This document shows positions 25,270 through 32,000 of a DNA stretch of 32,000 nt, piece by piece. Position 1 is the stretch's first letter, and the number at the start of each line of letters is the position of its first letter. The position numbers were made by a program, and so were the translations under genes. This DNA comes from Aliiroseovarius subalbicans (GTDB lineage: Bacteria > Pseudomonadota > Alphaproteobacteria > Rhodobacterales > Rhodobacteraceae), in contig NZ_JALBYQ010000001.1 in assembly GCF_022678625.1 (NCBI RefSeq), positions 1,107,895 through 1,139,894 on the forward strand. Reading direction: 5' to 3'. The notes beneath the pieces were generated by a model. The model saw only the letters and a list, made by a program, of their open reading frames with translations. It was not told where the DNA came from and searched no databases.

Positions 25270-26038
25270 CGGCCATCCTTTCGCGGGTTTCCAGCGCATG
25301 GGTCCGGCGGCGGCGCACCTCGGTGCGGGTGCGCAAAAGCAGCAAGGTCACGAACAGAAGGCTGAAGCCGACGATCGCCAGTACCAGCGGCTGCCAATAC
25401 ACGTCCGAAACGTTCTCTTGTTTGTCCAACGACAGTGACGCACCCTGGTGCAGACCCTGGTTCCAGAAGTTCACCGCATAACGGCTGAGCAGCGCGAAGA
25501 CCGAACCAACCAGGCACAGGACTGAAGTCAGGTCCGCCGCCGTATCCGGATCATCAATCGCTCCCCAAAGCGCCATGTAGCCCAGGTAGAACAAAAACAG
25601 GATCAGGAACGAGGTCAGGCGCGGGTCCCAGGCCCAGTAGGTGCCCCACATCGGTTCGCCCCAGATTGCACCGGTAAACAGCGCCGCCACAGTCATTGTC
25701 AGCCCGATCAAAGCGGCGGCCTTGGCGGCCAGCGCCGAGACATGGTGGCGCCGCACCAGCCAGATCAGGGAAGCGACCAGCATCATCACCCAGATGTTGA
25801 TGGCCAGCATCGCGGTTGGCACGTGAACATAGATGATCTTGACGGAGGATCCGAAATTCACAGCTTCAGGGGTGAAGAAGAATCCCCAGATCAGACCCGG
25901 CAGCAACGTCAGTGCGCACAAGCCCATGACCCAGGGAAGGATCTTACCGGACAGCGACATGAATTTGACCGGGTTGGCCCATTCCCACAGCCAGTTCCAA
26001 CGGTCCTCGGCCTGTTTAGTGCGATGTGTTTCAGTCAT
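25262..26038 (-). CDS. ccmC: Heme exporter/heme lyase subunit CcmC (HelC)
   Basis: The product is 258 aa and polytopic, with the tryptophan-rich WWD motif WGEPMWGTYWAWDPRLTS. Confidence 0.95.
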   Translation of the reverse strand: MTETHRTKQAEDRWNWLWEWANPVKFMSLSGKILPWVMGLCALTLLPGLIWGFFFTPEAVNFGSSVKIIYVHVPTAMLAINIWVMMLVASLIWLVRRHHVSALAAKAAALIGLTMTVAALFTGAIWGEPMWGTYWAWDPRLTSFLILFLFYLGYMALWGAIDDPDTAADLTSVLCLVGSVFALLSRYAVNFWNQGLHQGASLSLDKQENVSDVYWQPLVLAIVGFSLLFVTLLLLRTRTEVRRRRTHALETRERMADA

Positions 26039-26089
26039 GCAGATGTCCTAATCGGGGTTCTCGAATTGGGCAAGTGTCCCATGATCACA

Positions 26090-26746
26090 TTATCTCAGAT
26101 TGACACGAATGGCCGCAGAGGCGGCGAAGGGTAAAAGTGCGATCGCACCGGCCGTGATCCCGGCCATCAGGGCCAAGGGTGTGGCATTTTCCAACCCGGC
26201 TGCGCCCCGTGTCGCGGCCTCGGCGCCGAAAATCAGGGTGGGAATATAGAGCGGGAGGACCAGCAGCGACAACAGCAGCCCACCGCGTTTCAGCCCCACA
26301 GTAAGCGCAGCCCCGAAAGCGCCGATCATGCTTAACGCCGGGGTGCCAATCAAAAGCGTGACGAATACCCACAGGTGGCCCGGTGATTGCAAGTTCAAAA
26401 GTGTGGCAAAGATCGGTGCCGACAGGGTCAGTGGCAAACCTGTAACCAGCCAATGGGCCAGTGCTTTGATTGCCACGGCGCCCTCCATCGGAAGCGGCGC
26501 GGTGGCCAGAAGGTCCAGCGTGCCGTCCTCATGGTCCAACTGGAAGACGCGATCAAGCGACAGCAGGCAGGCCAGCAGCGCACCGACCCACAAGATGCCG
26601 GGCGCGATCCGCGCCAGGATCTGGCTTTCCGGTCCCACGCCGAACGGCACCAGCACGGTCACGATCAGGAAAAAGGCAAGACCCAGGCCAAAGCCACCAC
26701 CGGCCCGCATCGCCAGCTTCAGGTCGCGGATCAACAGCGCGATCAT
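26090..26746 (-). CDS. ccmB: Heme exporter permease CcmB (HelB)
   Basis: The product is 218 aa and begins [18 protein letters not shown]. It is a six-TM hydrophobic protein typical of CcmB. A 4-nt overlap joins it to ccmA. Confidence 0.92.
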   Translation of the reverse strand: MIALLIRDLKLAMRAGGGFGLGLAFFLIVTVLVPFGVGPESQILARIAPGILWVGALLACLLSLDRVFQLDHEDGTLDLLATAPLPMEGAVAIKALAHWLVTGLPLTLSAPIFATLLNLQSPGHLWVFVTLLIGTPALSMIGAFGAALTVGLKRGGLLLSLLVLPLYIPTLIFGAEAATRGAAGLENATPLALMAGITAGAIALLPFAASAAIRVNLR

Positions 26747-27366
26747 ACGAAGGCCTCGTCGAACGCGGTCTGGACCCTTGCCGCGCGCGGGTCGGCGCGA
26801 AACGGACCGATGTCGACCTCATCCGCATCGATCCCCATGTCGATATGGGTCGCGATCAGGGCCGAGCCGCCATCCGCCACATGAGCACGCACAGCGTCCG
26901 CAAACAGTCCCACACTGGCCACGTCCAGCGACACGGTGGGTTCATCCAACAACCAGATCGGGCGCCCGGTGACCAGCAGCCGCGCAAGGCCCAGCCTGCG
27001 TTTTTGACCAGCCGACAGATTCTGCGCCGCGCGCTCCAGCAGCCCGTCCAGATTGAACGCCTTTGTCGCCGGGGCGATGTCGTTGGTGCCATAGACGCTG
27101 GCCCAGAATTTCAGGTTCTCGGCGACCGAAAGCGTTGCCTTCAGCCCGTCCGCATGGGCGCCATAGGCGATCGCCTCAGGCTCCACACTAACCCGCCCTT
27201 CCAGCGCCGGCTGCAGCCCGGCAAGCGTGCGCAGAAGCGTCGTTTTGCCTGAACCGTTTGGTCCACGCAGCATTACAACCTGACCGGGGGTCACGGTGAA
27301 CCCGACCCCCTCCAACACCGGCACGCCGCCGCGCGTGACCGTCAGGTTTTCAACGACAAGATCCAT
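26743..27366 (-). CDS. ccmA: Heme exporter ATP-binding protein CcmA (HelA)
   Basis: The product is 207 aa. It has Walker [13 protein letters not shown], the ABC signature [14 protein letters not shown] and Walker B IWLLDEPT. Confidence 0.92.
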   Translation of the reverse strand: MDLVVENLTVTRGGVPVLEGVGFTVTPGQVVMLRGPNGSGKTTLLRTLAGLQPALEGRVSVEPEAIAYGAHADGLKATLSVAENLKFWASVYGTNDIAPATKAFNLDGLLERAAQNLSAGQKRRLGLARLLVTGRPIWLLDEPTVSLDVASVGLFADAVRAHVADGGSALIATHIDMGIDADEVDIGPFRADPRAARVQTAFDEAFV

Positions 27367-27452
27367 GAGCGCGCGTTTTCCTGTTTTGCTTCCTGACTAC
27401 GTGACCGGTATTGTCGGTCGCTTCCTTGATTTCGCTCAAGCCCGCAGGCGTT

Positions 27453-27806
27453 TCACACCGGCAGGGCGGCCAGGGCGATGCGCCGGCCTTCGCTGACCAG
27501 AACGTTGAAGGTACGGCAAGCCGAGGGCGACGCCATTGCCTCGACTCCGATCCCGACCGCCTCCAAAGCCTCGCGCAGTGCGGCGGGCGGGTGCGCGGTG
27601 TCAGCGCCGGTGCCCAGAAACAGCACGTCGACCTGGCCCGACAGCGCCACAAGCGGGCCGAGGTCATCAGGGCCGGCCCAGCTGCGGGCGGCCTGATCGG
27701 TGATCAGCATCGGCCCCTGGATCACTTCGCCCGCCACGCGGAAAAAGCCGGGGCCATAGCCATCGACCGGCACCGCGCTGTCATAGGTGATTTCCGTCAG
27801 TTGCAT
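27453..27806 (-). CDS. Mth938-like domain protein (DUF498; bacterial homologue of the complex I assembly factor NDUFAF3)
   Basis: I trimmed the track ORF 27453..27932 to MQLTEITYDSAVPVDGYGPGFFRVAG (ATG 27806-27804). The RBS GAGGA overlaps the upstream stop. DVLFLGTG and ACRTFNVLVSEGRRIALAALPV are typical of the family. Confidence 0.8.
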   Translation of the reverse strand: MQLTEITYDSAVPVDGYGPGFFRVAGEVIQGPMLITDQAARSWAGPDDLGPLVALSGQVDVLFLGTGADTAHPPAALREALEAVGIGVEAMASPSACRTFNVLVSEGRRIALAALPV

Positions 27807-27813
27807 GTGATCC

Positions 27814-28566
27814 TCAGTCGAAAAGCGGCAGGCCCGACAAGGCCGACGCCGCGATAAGCAGATAGGCCGCCGCACGGTAGGTTTTTTCAAGCTCTGGTCG
27901 GAACAGCCACCCGCCCAGCACGTTTCCGGCAAGATACGGCAGCGCTAGCAGAAAGCCCAGCACAAGCGCAGTGGGCTCCAACCGCCCCATGACCCAGAGC
28001 AAAAGCATCATCAGAAGGTCGACGCCCAGCAGGTAAAGTAGCAAGTTCGCGCGGATCACCCGGACCTGGTGACGAGACGCCATGTAGAGCATGATGACCG
28101 GCGGGCCCGCCAGGCCGGTGGCCCCGGCAAGAAACCCGCCCAGCATGCCAGTCGCATAAATCATCCAGTGCTTCAGCGTGCCCCGGTAGCGGTAGCCGGT
28201 GATCAACAACACCAGCAGCGTCAGGGACAAAAGCGAGACCGAATAGCGAAAGACCTCGGGCGCGATGCTGGCCAGCGTCCAGATGCCGATCGGCATGGCG
28301 ATGAGAAGCCCGCCGCACAGCCGCAGGATATCCCGCCGGTGCCCGTCGCGCACCGCGCGCGGCACATTGGGCAACGGGCCAATCACGTCCATCGCAGTTA
28401 GGGTGACAAGGGCTGCGAACGGGTCCAGGATCTGCCCTGCAACAGGCATATAGATCATCGCGGTTCCGAACCCGGTAAACCCCCGAACAACGCCCGCGAC
28501 TGTTGTCGCCGCCACCAGCCAAAGCAGATACTCCTGCCCCAGCGCGGCGGCGATCAGATCAGGCAT
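27814..28566 (-). CDS. TauE/SafE-family (sulfite/organosulfonate exporter-type) membrane protein
   Basis: I trimmed the ORF to MPDLIAAALGQEY (ATG 28566-28564), giving 250 aa. The polytopic product carries the duplicated GFTGFG / GATGLAGPP glycine-rich helices typical of TauE/SafE. The start overlaps the secF stop by 8 nt (ATGCCTGA). Confidence 0.85.
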   Translation of the reverse strand: MPDLIAAALGQEYLLWLVAATTVAGVVRGFTGFGTAMIYMPVAGQILDPFAALVTLTAMDVIGPLPNVPRAVRDGHRRDILRLCGGLLIAMPIGIWTLASIAPEVFRYSVSLLSLTLLVLLITGYRYRGTLKHWMIYATGMLGGFLAGATGLAGPPVIMLYMASRHQVRVIRANLLLYLLGVDLLMMLLLWVMGRLEPTALVLGFLLALPYLAGNVLGGWLFRPELEKTYRAAAYLLIAASALSGLPLFD

Positions 28567-29527
28567 CCACGTTCGCGAACTGGGTGCCGGCATTTGCGTC
28601 GGGCTTGGACCAGTCCCGCTTGACGCCAAGGCGCAGCAGGATCGCCGAGGCGACGAAGACCGACGAATAGGTGCCCACGATCACGCCCCAGATCATCGCG
28701 AAGACGAAGCCGCGGATCACGTCCCCGCCCAGGATATACAGCGAGATCAGCGCGATCAGCGTGGTGACCGAGGTCATCACCGTGCGCGACAGGGTTTCGT
28801 TGATCGACAGGTTCAGCACCTCTTTCAGGTCCATCTTCTTGTAGCGCCGCAGGTTTTCGCGCACCCGGTCGAACACGACCACGGTGTCGTTCAACGAATA
28901 GCCGACGATGGTCAGAAGGGCGGCAATGATGGCCAGGTCGAACTTGATCTGCACCACGGCGAACACGCCAATGGTCAGAACCACGTCATGCACCAGCGCC
29001 GCAACCGCGCCCAGGCTGAACTGCCATTCGAACCGCAGCCAGATATAGACCAGAACCGCCGCGATGGCGGCCAAAACCGCATAGATCGCGGTCAAGACAA
29101 GCTCGCCCGAGACCTTCGGCCCCACGCTTTCCACGCTGGGAAATGTGATCGCCGGATCGGCGCCGCGCAGCGCGTCCTGGATGACCGCCATGGTTTCCGG
29201 CGTGATCGCCTCTTCGCCCTCCTGGGCTTCGATACGGATCTGGCTGACATGCTGGTCGTCACGGAAGTTCACGTCGAACACTTCAGTGATCGACACATCG
29301 CCCAGGTTCAGCGGCGCCAGAGCGTCGCGATACCCCCCCACGTCCACGGCCTGCGTGCTTTCCGTCCGGATCGTCGTGCCGCCCCGGAAATCGATGCCGA
29401 AATTCAGGCCGATGACAAAGAAAGCCACGACCGAGGCCACCATCAAAAGCGCCGAGAACCCGAAGGTGATCGACGTTTTCGAGAAAAAATCCCAGTTCGT
29501 TTCAGCAGGAACAAGTCTCAGGCGCAT
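28559..29527 (-). CDS. secF: Protein translocase subunit SecF
   Basis: I trimmed the ORF to MRLRLVPAETNWDFF (ATG 29527-29525), giving 322 aa. It has FGIDFRGGT and YSLNDTVVVFDRVREN. A GGAGG SD lies inside the secD 3' end, and the ATG is 1 nt after the secD stop. Confidence 0.93.
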   Translation of the reverse strand: MRLRLVPAETNWDFFSKTSITFGFSALLMVASVVAFFVIGLNFGIDFRGGTTIRTESTQAVDVGGYRDALAPLNLGDVSITEVFDVNFRDDQHVSQIRIEAQEGEEAITPETMAVIQDALRGADPAITFPSVESVGPKVSGELVLTAIYAVLAAIAAVLVYIWLRFEWQFSLGAVAALVHDVVLTIGVFAVVQIKFDLAIIAALLTIVGYSLNDTVVVFDRVRENLRRYKKMDLKEVLNLSINETLSRTVMTSVTTLIALISLYILGGDVIRGFVFAMIWGVIVGTYSSVFVASAILLRLGVKRDWSKPDANAGTQFANVDA

Positions 29528-29528
29528 A

Positions 29529-31190
29529 TCAGACCTCCAAAGCTTTGGGGCGGCGGCGTTCGAACCAGATGACAATCATCAGGCGGGTGACGAAGATGGC
29601 AGTGAAAACCGAGGTCAGGATGCCCAGCCCCAGCGTCACCGAGAACCCGCGCACCGGGCCCGAGCCCATGATGAACAGGATCAGCGCGGTGATGAAGGTT
29701 GTGATGTTCGCGTCCAGAATGGCCGACAGCGCCTTTTCATAGCCCAACTCGATCGCGCGGGCCGGGCCACGACCCGCCTTGATCTCCTCGCGAATGCGTT
29801 CGAACACCAGCACGTTGGCGTCCACCGCCATGCCGATGGTCAACACGATACCCGCAATCCCCGGCAGGGTCAGCGTCGCGCCGATCATGCTGAGCAGGCC
29901 GAAGATCAGACCCACGTTCAGGATCAGGGCAACGTTTGCGATGATGCCGAACAGGCCATAGCTGAGCGCCATGAAGATCAGCACGCCCGCGAAGGCGATG
30001 ACCGAGGCGACCTTGCCCGCGTCGATACTGTCCTGCCCCAATTCAGGGCCGATGGTACGTTCTTCGACATACTCCAGCTCGGCCGGCAGGGCGCCGGCGC
30101 GCAGAAGCACGGCAAGGTTGGTTGATTCCGTGATGTCGAAATTACCGGTGATGATGCCCGATCCGCCACAGATCGCTTCATTGATGCGCGGGGCCGAGAT
30201 GACCTCGCTATCCAACACGATGGCGAAGGGCTGGCCGACGTTCTCGCCGGTGTATTCACAGAACTTGCGCGCACCTGAGACGTTGAAGCGGAAAGTCACA
30301 GCGGGCTGGCCGTTCTGATCGAAACTGGGCTGCGCGTCGTTCAGCTCCTCGCCGGTGACGGTCGGGGTCTGCTCCAGCACGTAAAACACGCCGTCTTCGT
30401 CCAACGATGGATAAATCACATTGCGCGGACCGGGGTCGGTCGCGCCGTCGCCGGTGCGGCTGACCACCGGGTGGAAGGTCAGTTTCGCGGTCTTGCCGAT
30501 CAGCTCTTTCAACTCGGAGGCCGACCCGATGCCAGGCACCTGGATCAGGATCCTTGTGTCGCCCTGGCGCTGGATCGTGGGTTCGCGGGTGCCAACTTCA
30601 TCCACGCGGCGGCGAATGATTTCAAGGCTTTGCTGGATCGTGCGATCATCAGTCGCCAGCTTTTCGGCGTCCGACAGCGTAACGATGATGATGTCGTCCT
30701 GCCCGGCCACCTCGATGTCGGTCGATCCGACACCGGTCAGGCTGACCACAGGCTGCGCCAGGGCACGGACCAGTTCCAGTGCGCGCGGCATGCCGTCGGC
30801 CTCACTGATGCGCACGCGCAGTTCGTCCTCAGGCCCGTCCTGACGGCGGATCGTGCCGATCGTGGCGCGTTCCCCGCGAAGCGCGTTTCGCACCTCGGGC
30901 CAAAGCGCATCCATACGGGCCGAATAGACATCCGCCACCTGCACTTCGGCCAGCAGATGCGCACCACCGCGCAGGTCCAGACCCAGGTTCACCAGGTTGG
31001 AGGGCGCCCATTCAGGCCAGGCCGAGGCATCTGCCTCGCGCTCGGCGGTTGCGCCGTAAAGCTCGATCTCGGCCACGGCATCATTGTGCTGCTCGACCCG
31101 CGAATAGAACGCGTTGGGCACCGCATAGGCCAGACCCAGCGCCACCAGGGCCCAGATCACGACCCGTTTCCAAAGAGAAATCTGAAGCAT
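29529..31190 (-). CDS. secD: Protein translocase subunit SecD
   Basis: The product is 553 aa. It has NLGLDLRGGAHLL, GPELGQDSI and the C-terminal six-TM block ending DANVLVFERIREE. Confidence 0.95.
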   Translation of the reverse strand: MLQISLWKRVVIWALVALGLAYAVPNAFYSRVEQHNDAVAEIELYGATAEREADASAWPEWAPSNLVNLGLDLRGGAHLLAEVQVADVYSARMDALWPEVRNALRGERATIGTIRRQDGPEDELRVRISEADGMPRALELVRALAQPVVSLTGVGSTDIEVAGQDDIIIVTLSDAEKLATDDRTIQQSLEIIRRRVDEVGTREPTIQRQGDTRILIQVPGIGSASELKELIGKTAKLTFHPVVSRTGDGATDPGPRNVIYPSLDEDGVFYVLEQTPTVTGEELNDAQPSFDQNGQPAVTFRFNVSGARKFCEYTGENVGQPFAIVLDSEVISAPRINEAICGGSGIITGNFDITESTNLAVLLRAGALPAELEYVEERTIGPELGQDSIDAGKVASVIAFAGVLIFMALSYGLFGIIANVALILNVGLIFGLLSMIGATLTLPGIAGIVLTIGMAVDANVLVFERIREEIKAGRGPARAIELGYEKALSAILDANITTFITALILFIMGSGPVRGFSVTLGLGILTSVFTAIFVTRLMIVIWFERRRPKALEV

Positions 31191-31234
31191 TCGCCCCGCC
31201 TGCCCTGTTGACCGAATTCAAATCGCGCCGGGGA

Positions 31235-31564
31235 TTACCCCTCGGCCGGTTCCGTCTTGCTGACCACACTTGCGATGGTCGAACGCACAACGCGCACCTT
31301 CACGCCGCTGGCGACCTCAAGCTCAACCTCGGTGTCGTCCTTGACCTTGGTGACCTTGCCGATCAACCCGCCGGCCGTGATCACCTGGTCGCCACGACGC
31401 AGCGCTCCAAGCATGCCCTGGTGCTCTTTCATTTTCTTTTGCTGCGGACGGATCATGAAGAAATACATGATCGCAAAAACTAGCAGCATCGGGACGAGCA
31501 TGGAGTTCAGAAGACCCCCGGCGGGCGCACCCGCGGCCTGCGCAAAAGCTGGCGTGACAAACAT
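31235..31564 (-). CDS. yajC: Preprotein translocase subunit YajC
   Basis: I trimmed the ORF to MFVTPAFAQAAG (ATG 31564-31562), giving 109 aa. It has a single TM helix and then FFMIRPQQKKMKEHQ...GDQVITAGGLIGKV, the YajC hallmark. Confidence 0.9.
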   Translation of the reverse strand: MFVTPAFAQAAGAPAGGLLNSMLVPMLLVFAIMYFFMIRPQQKKMKEHQGMLGALRRGDQVITAGGLIGKVTKVKDDTEVELEVASGVKVRVVRSTIASVVSKTEPAEG

Positions 31565-31735
31565 GTGGTTATTCCCCTCATTTCTGGGCCGCATCGGACC
31601 CATTCAAACTGGCGGGCACCCTATAGGGGGGCCGGAAGGTTGGCAAGCAAGCGCAGGCGGATTTCATAGCCCCCCTTGCCCGCACTTTGCGCCTTGTCCT
31701 AGGCTGCGCCAAACACACCAACGTGATGAGGTTCC

Positions 31736-32000
31736 ATGTCTGATCTTGCCCTTCCCTTTGCCCCCGATGGCCCTGGCGAAGTTGACCGCCCCGCCGCCAA
31801 CCGCCTGATCGCCGGTGATCCGGTCTTTACCACCTGGGATTTGGAAGAACGCGACGGGTTGTTTGCTGGCATCTGGCAATCCACACCGGGCAAATGGCGT
31901 GTCGCGTATGACGAATGGGAGTATTTCAACATCCTGTCAGGACATTCGATCCTGACCGAGGACGACAAACCGCCCGTGCACCTGCGCGCCGGCGACCGCA
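31736..32000 (+). CDS. Cupin-domain protein (DUF861/cupin_3-like); 5' part only, the gene continues past the right edge
   Basis: This ORF is not in the track because it is open at the window end. My translation from ATG 31736 gives MSDLALPFAPDGPGEVDRPAANRLIAGDPVFTTWDLEERDGLFAGIWQSTPGKWRVAYDEWEYFNILSGHSILTEDD.... The G-x-W-x-x-x-P-G-K-W and E-Y-x-x-I-L-S-G pattern fits small cupins. Confidence 0.65.
   Translation, partial: MSDLALPFAPDGPGEVDRPAANRLIAGDPVFTTWDLEERDGLFAGIWQSTPGKWRVAYDEWEYFNILSGHSILTEDDKPPVHLRAGDR

Noticed and set aside
1-32000. I scanned the whole window for tRNA or rRNA genes, CRISPR repeats, IS elements, transposases, integrases, toxin-antitoxin pairs and known defence-system genes.
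   Set aside because: I found none. The intergenic regions are all 224 nt or shorter and contain no tRNA-like T-arm or regularly spaced repeats. No ORF shows transposase, integrase, nuclease or other defence hallmarks.

Overview
The window is a high-GC, densely coded chromosomal segment. Gene content and order suggest an alphaproteobacterium of the Rhodobacterales type; that placement is inference from gene content, with no search run. I support about 34 CDS. I found no rRNA, tRNA, CRISPR array or IS/transposase. All family names come from motif and sequence recall, not from database hits.

Most of the window is core housekeeping:
- a partial MoxR-type AAA+ ATPase, an AbrB-type membrane protein and a LysE exporter
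- ppsA, pyrC-pyrE, dnaB, bioY, purB and acnA
- an LpxL-type acyltransferase and a DUF1223 protein
- a long minus-strand block, yajC-secD-secF-tauE-like-Mth938-like-ccmA-ccmB-ccmC-ccmD-ccmG, followed by a partial cupin gene

The one accessory-looking region is 2749-8881, a same-strand and partly translationally coupled operon. It encodes three paralogous copies of one glycosyltransferase domain. It also encodes a small sulfotransferase with both PAPS-binding signatures intact. A sulfotransferase-like domain with a substituted PAPS loop is fused to one of the glycosyltransferase copies. The last gene encodes a 318-aa protein of unknown function. No exporter, polymerase, priming transferase or sugar/PAPS-activation gene lies in the window. 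This is my best candidate for an undescribed system, possibly cytoplasmic synthesis of a sulfated glycoconjugate.

Secondary points of interest:
- a full-length FliG gene with the torque-helix charges conserved, sitting in a non-flagellar neighbourhood next to a DUF4405-like membrane protein and a 52-aa secreted Cys-containing peptide
- a hairpin that sequesters the Shine-Dalgarno sequence of that peptide gene
- a perfect TTATCCACA DnaA box, bracketed by a 7-bp inverted repeat, 79 nt upstream of dnaB
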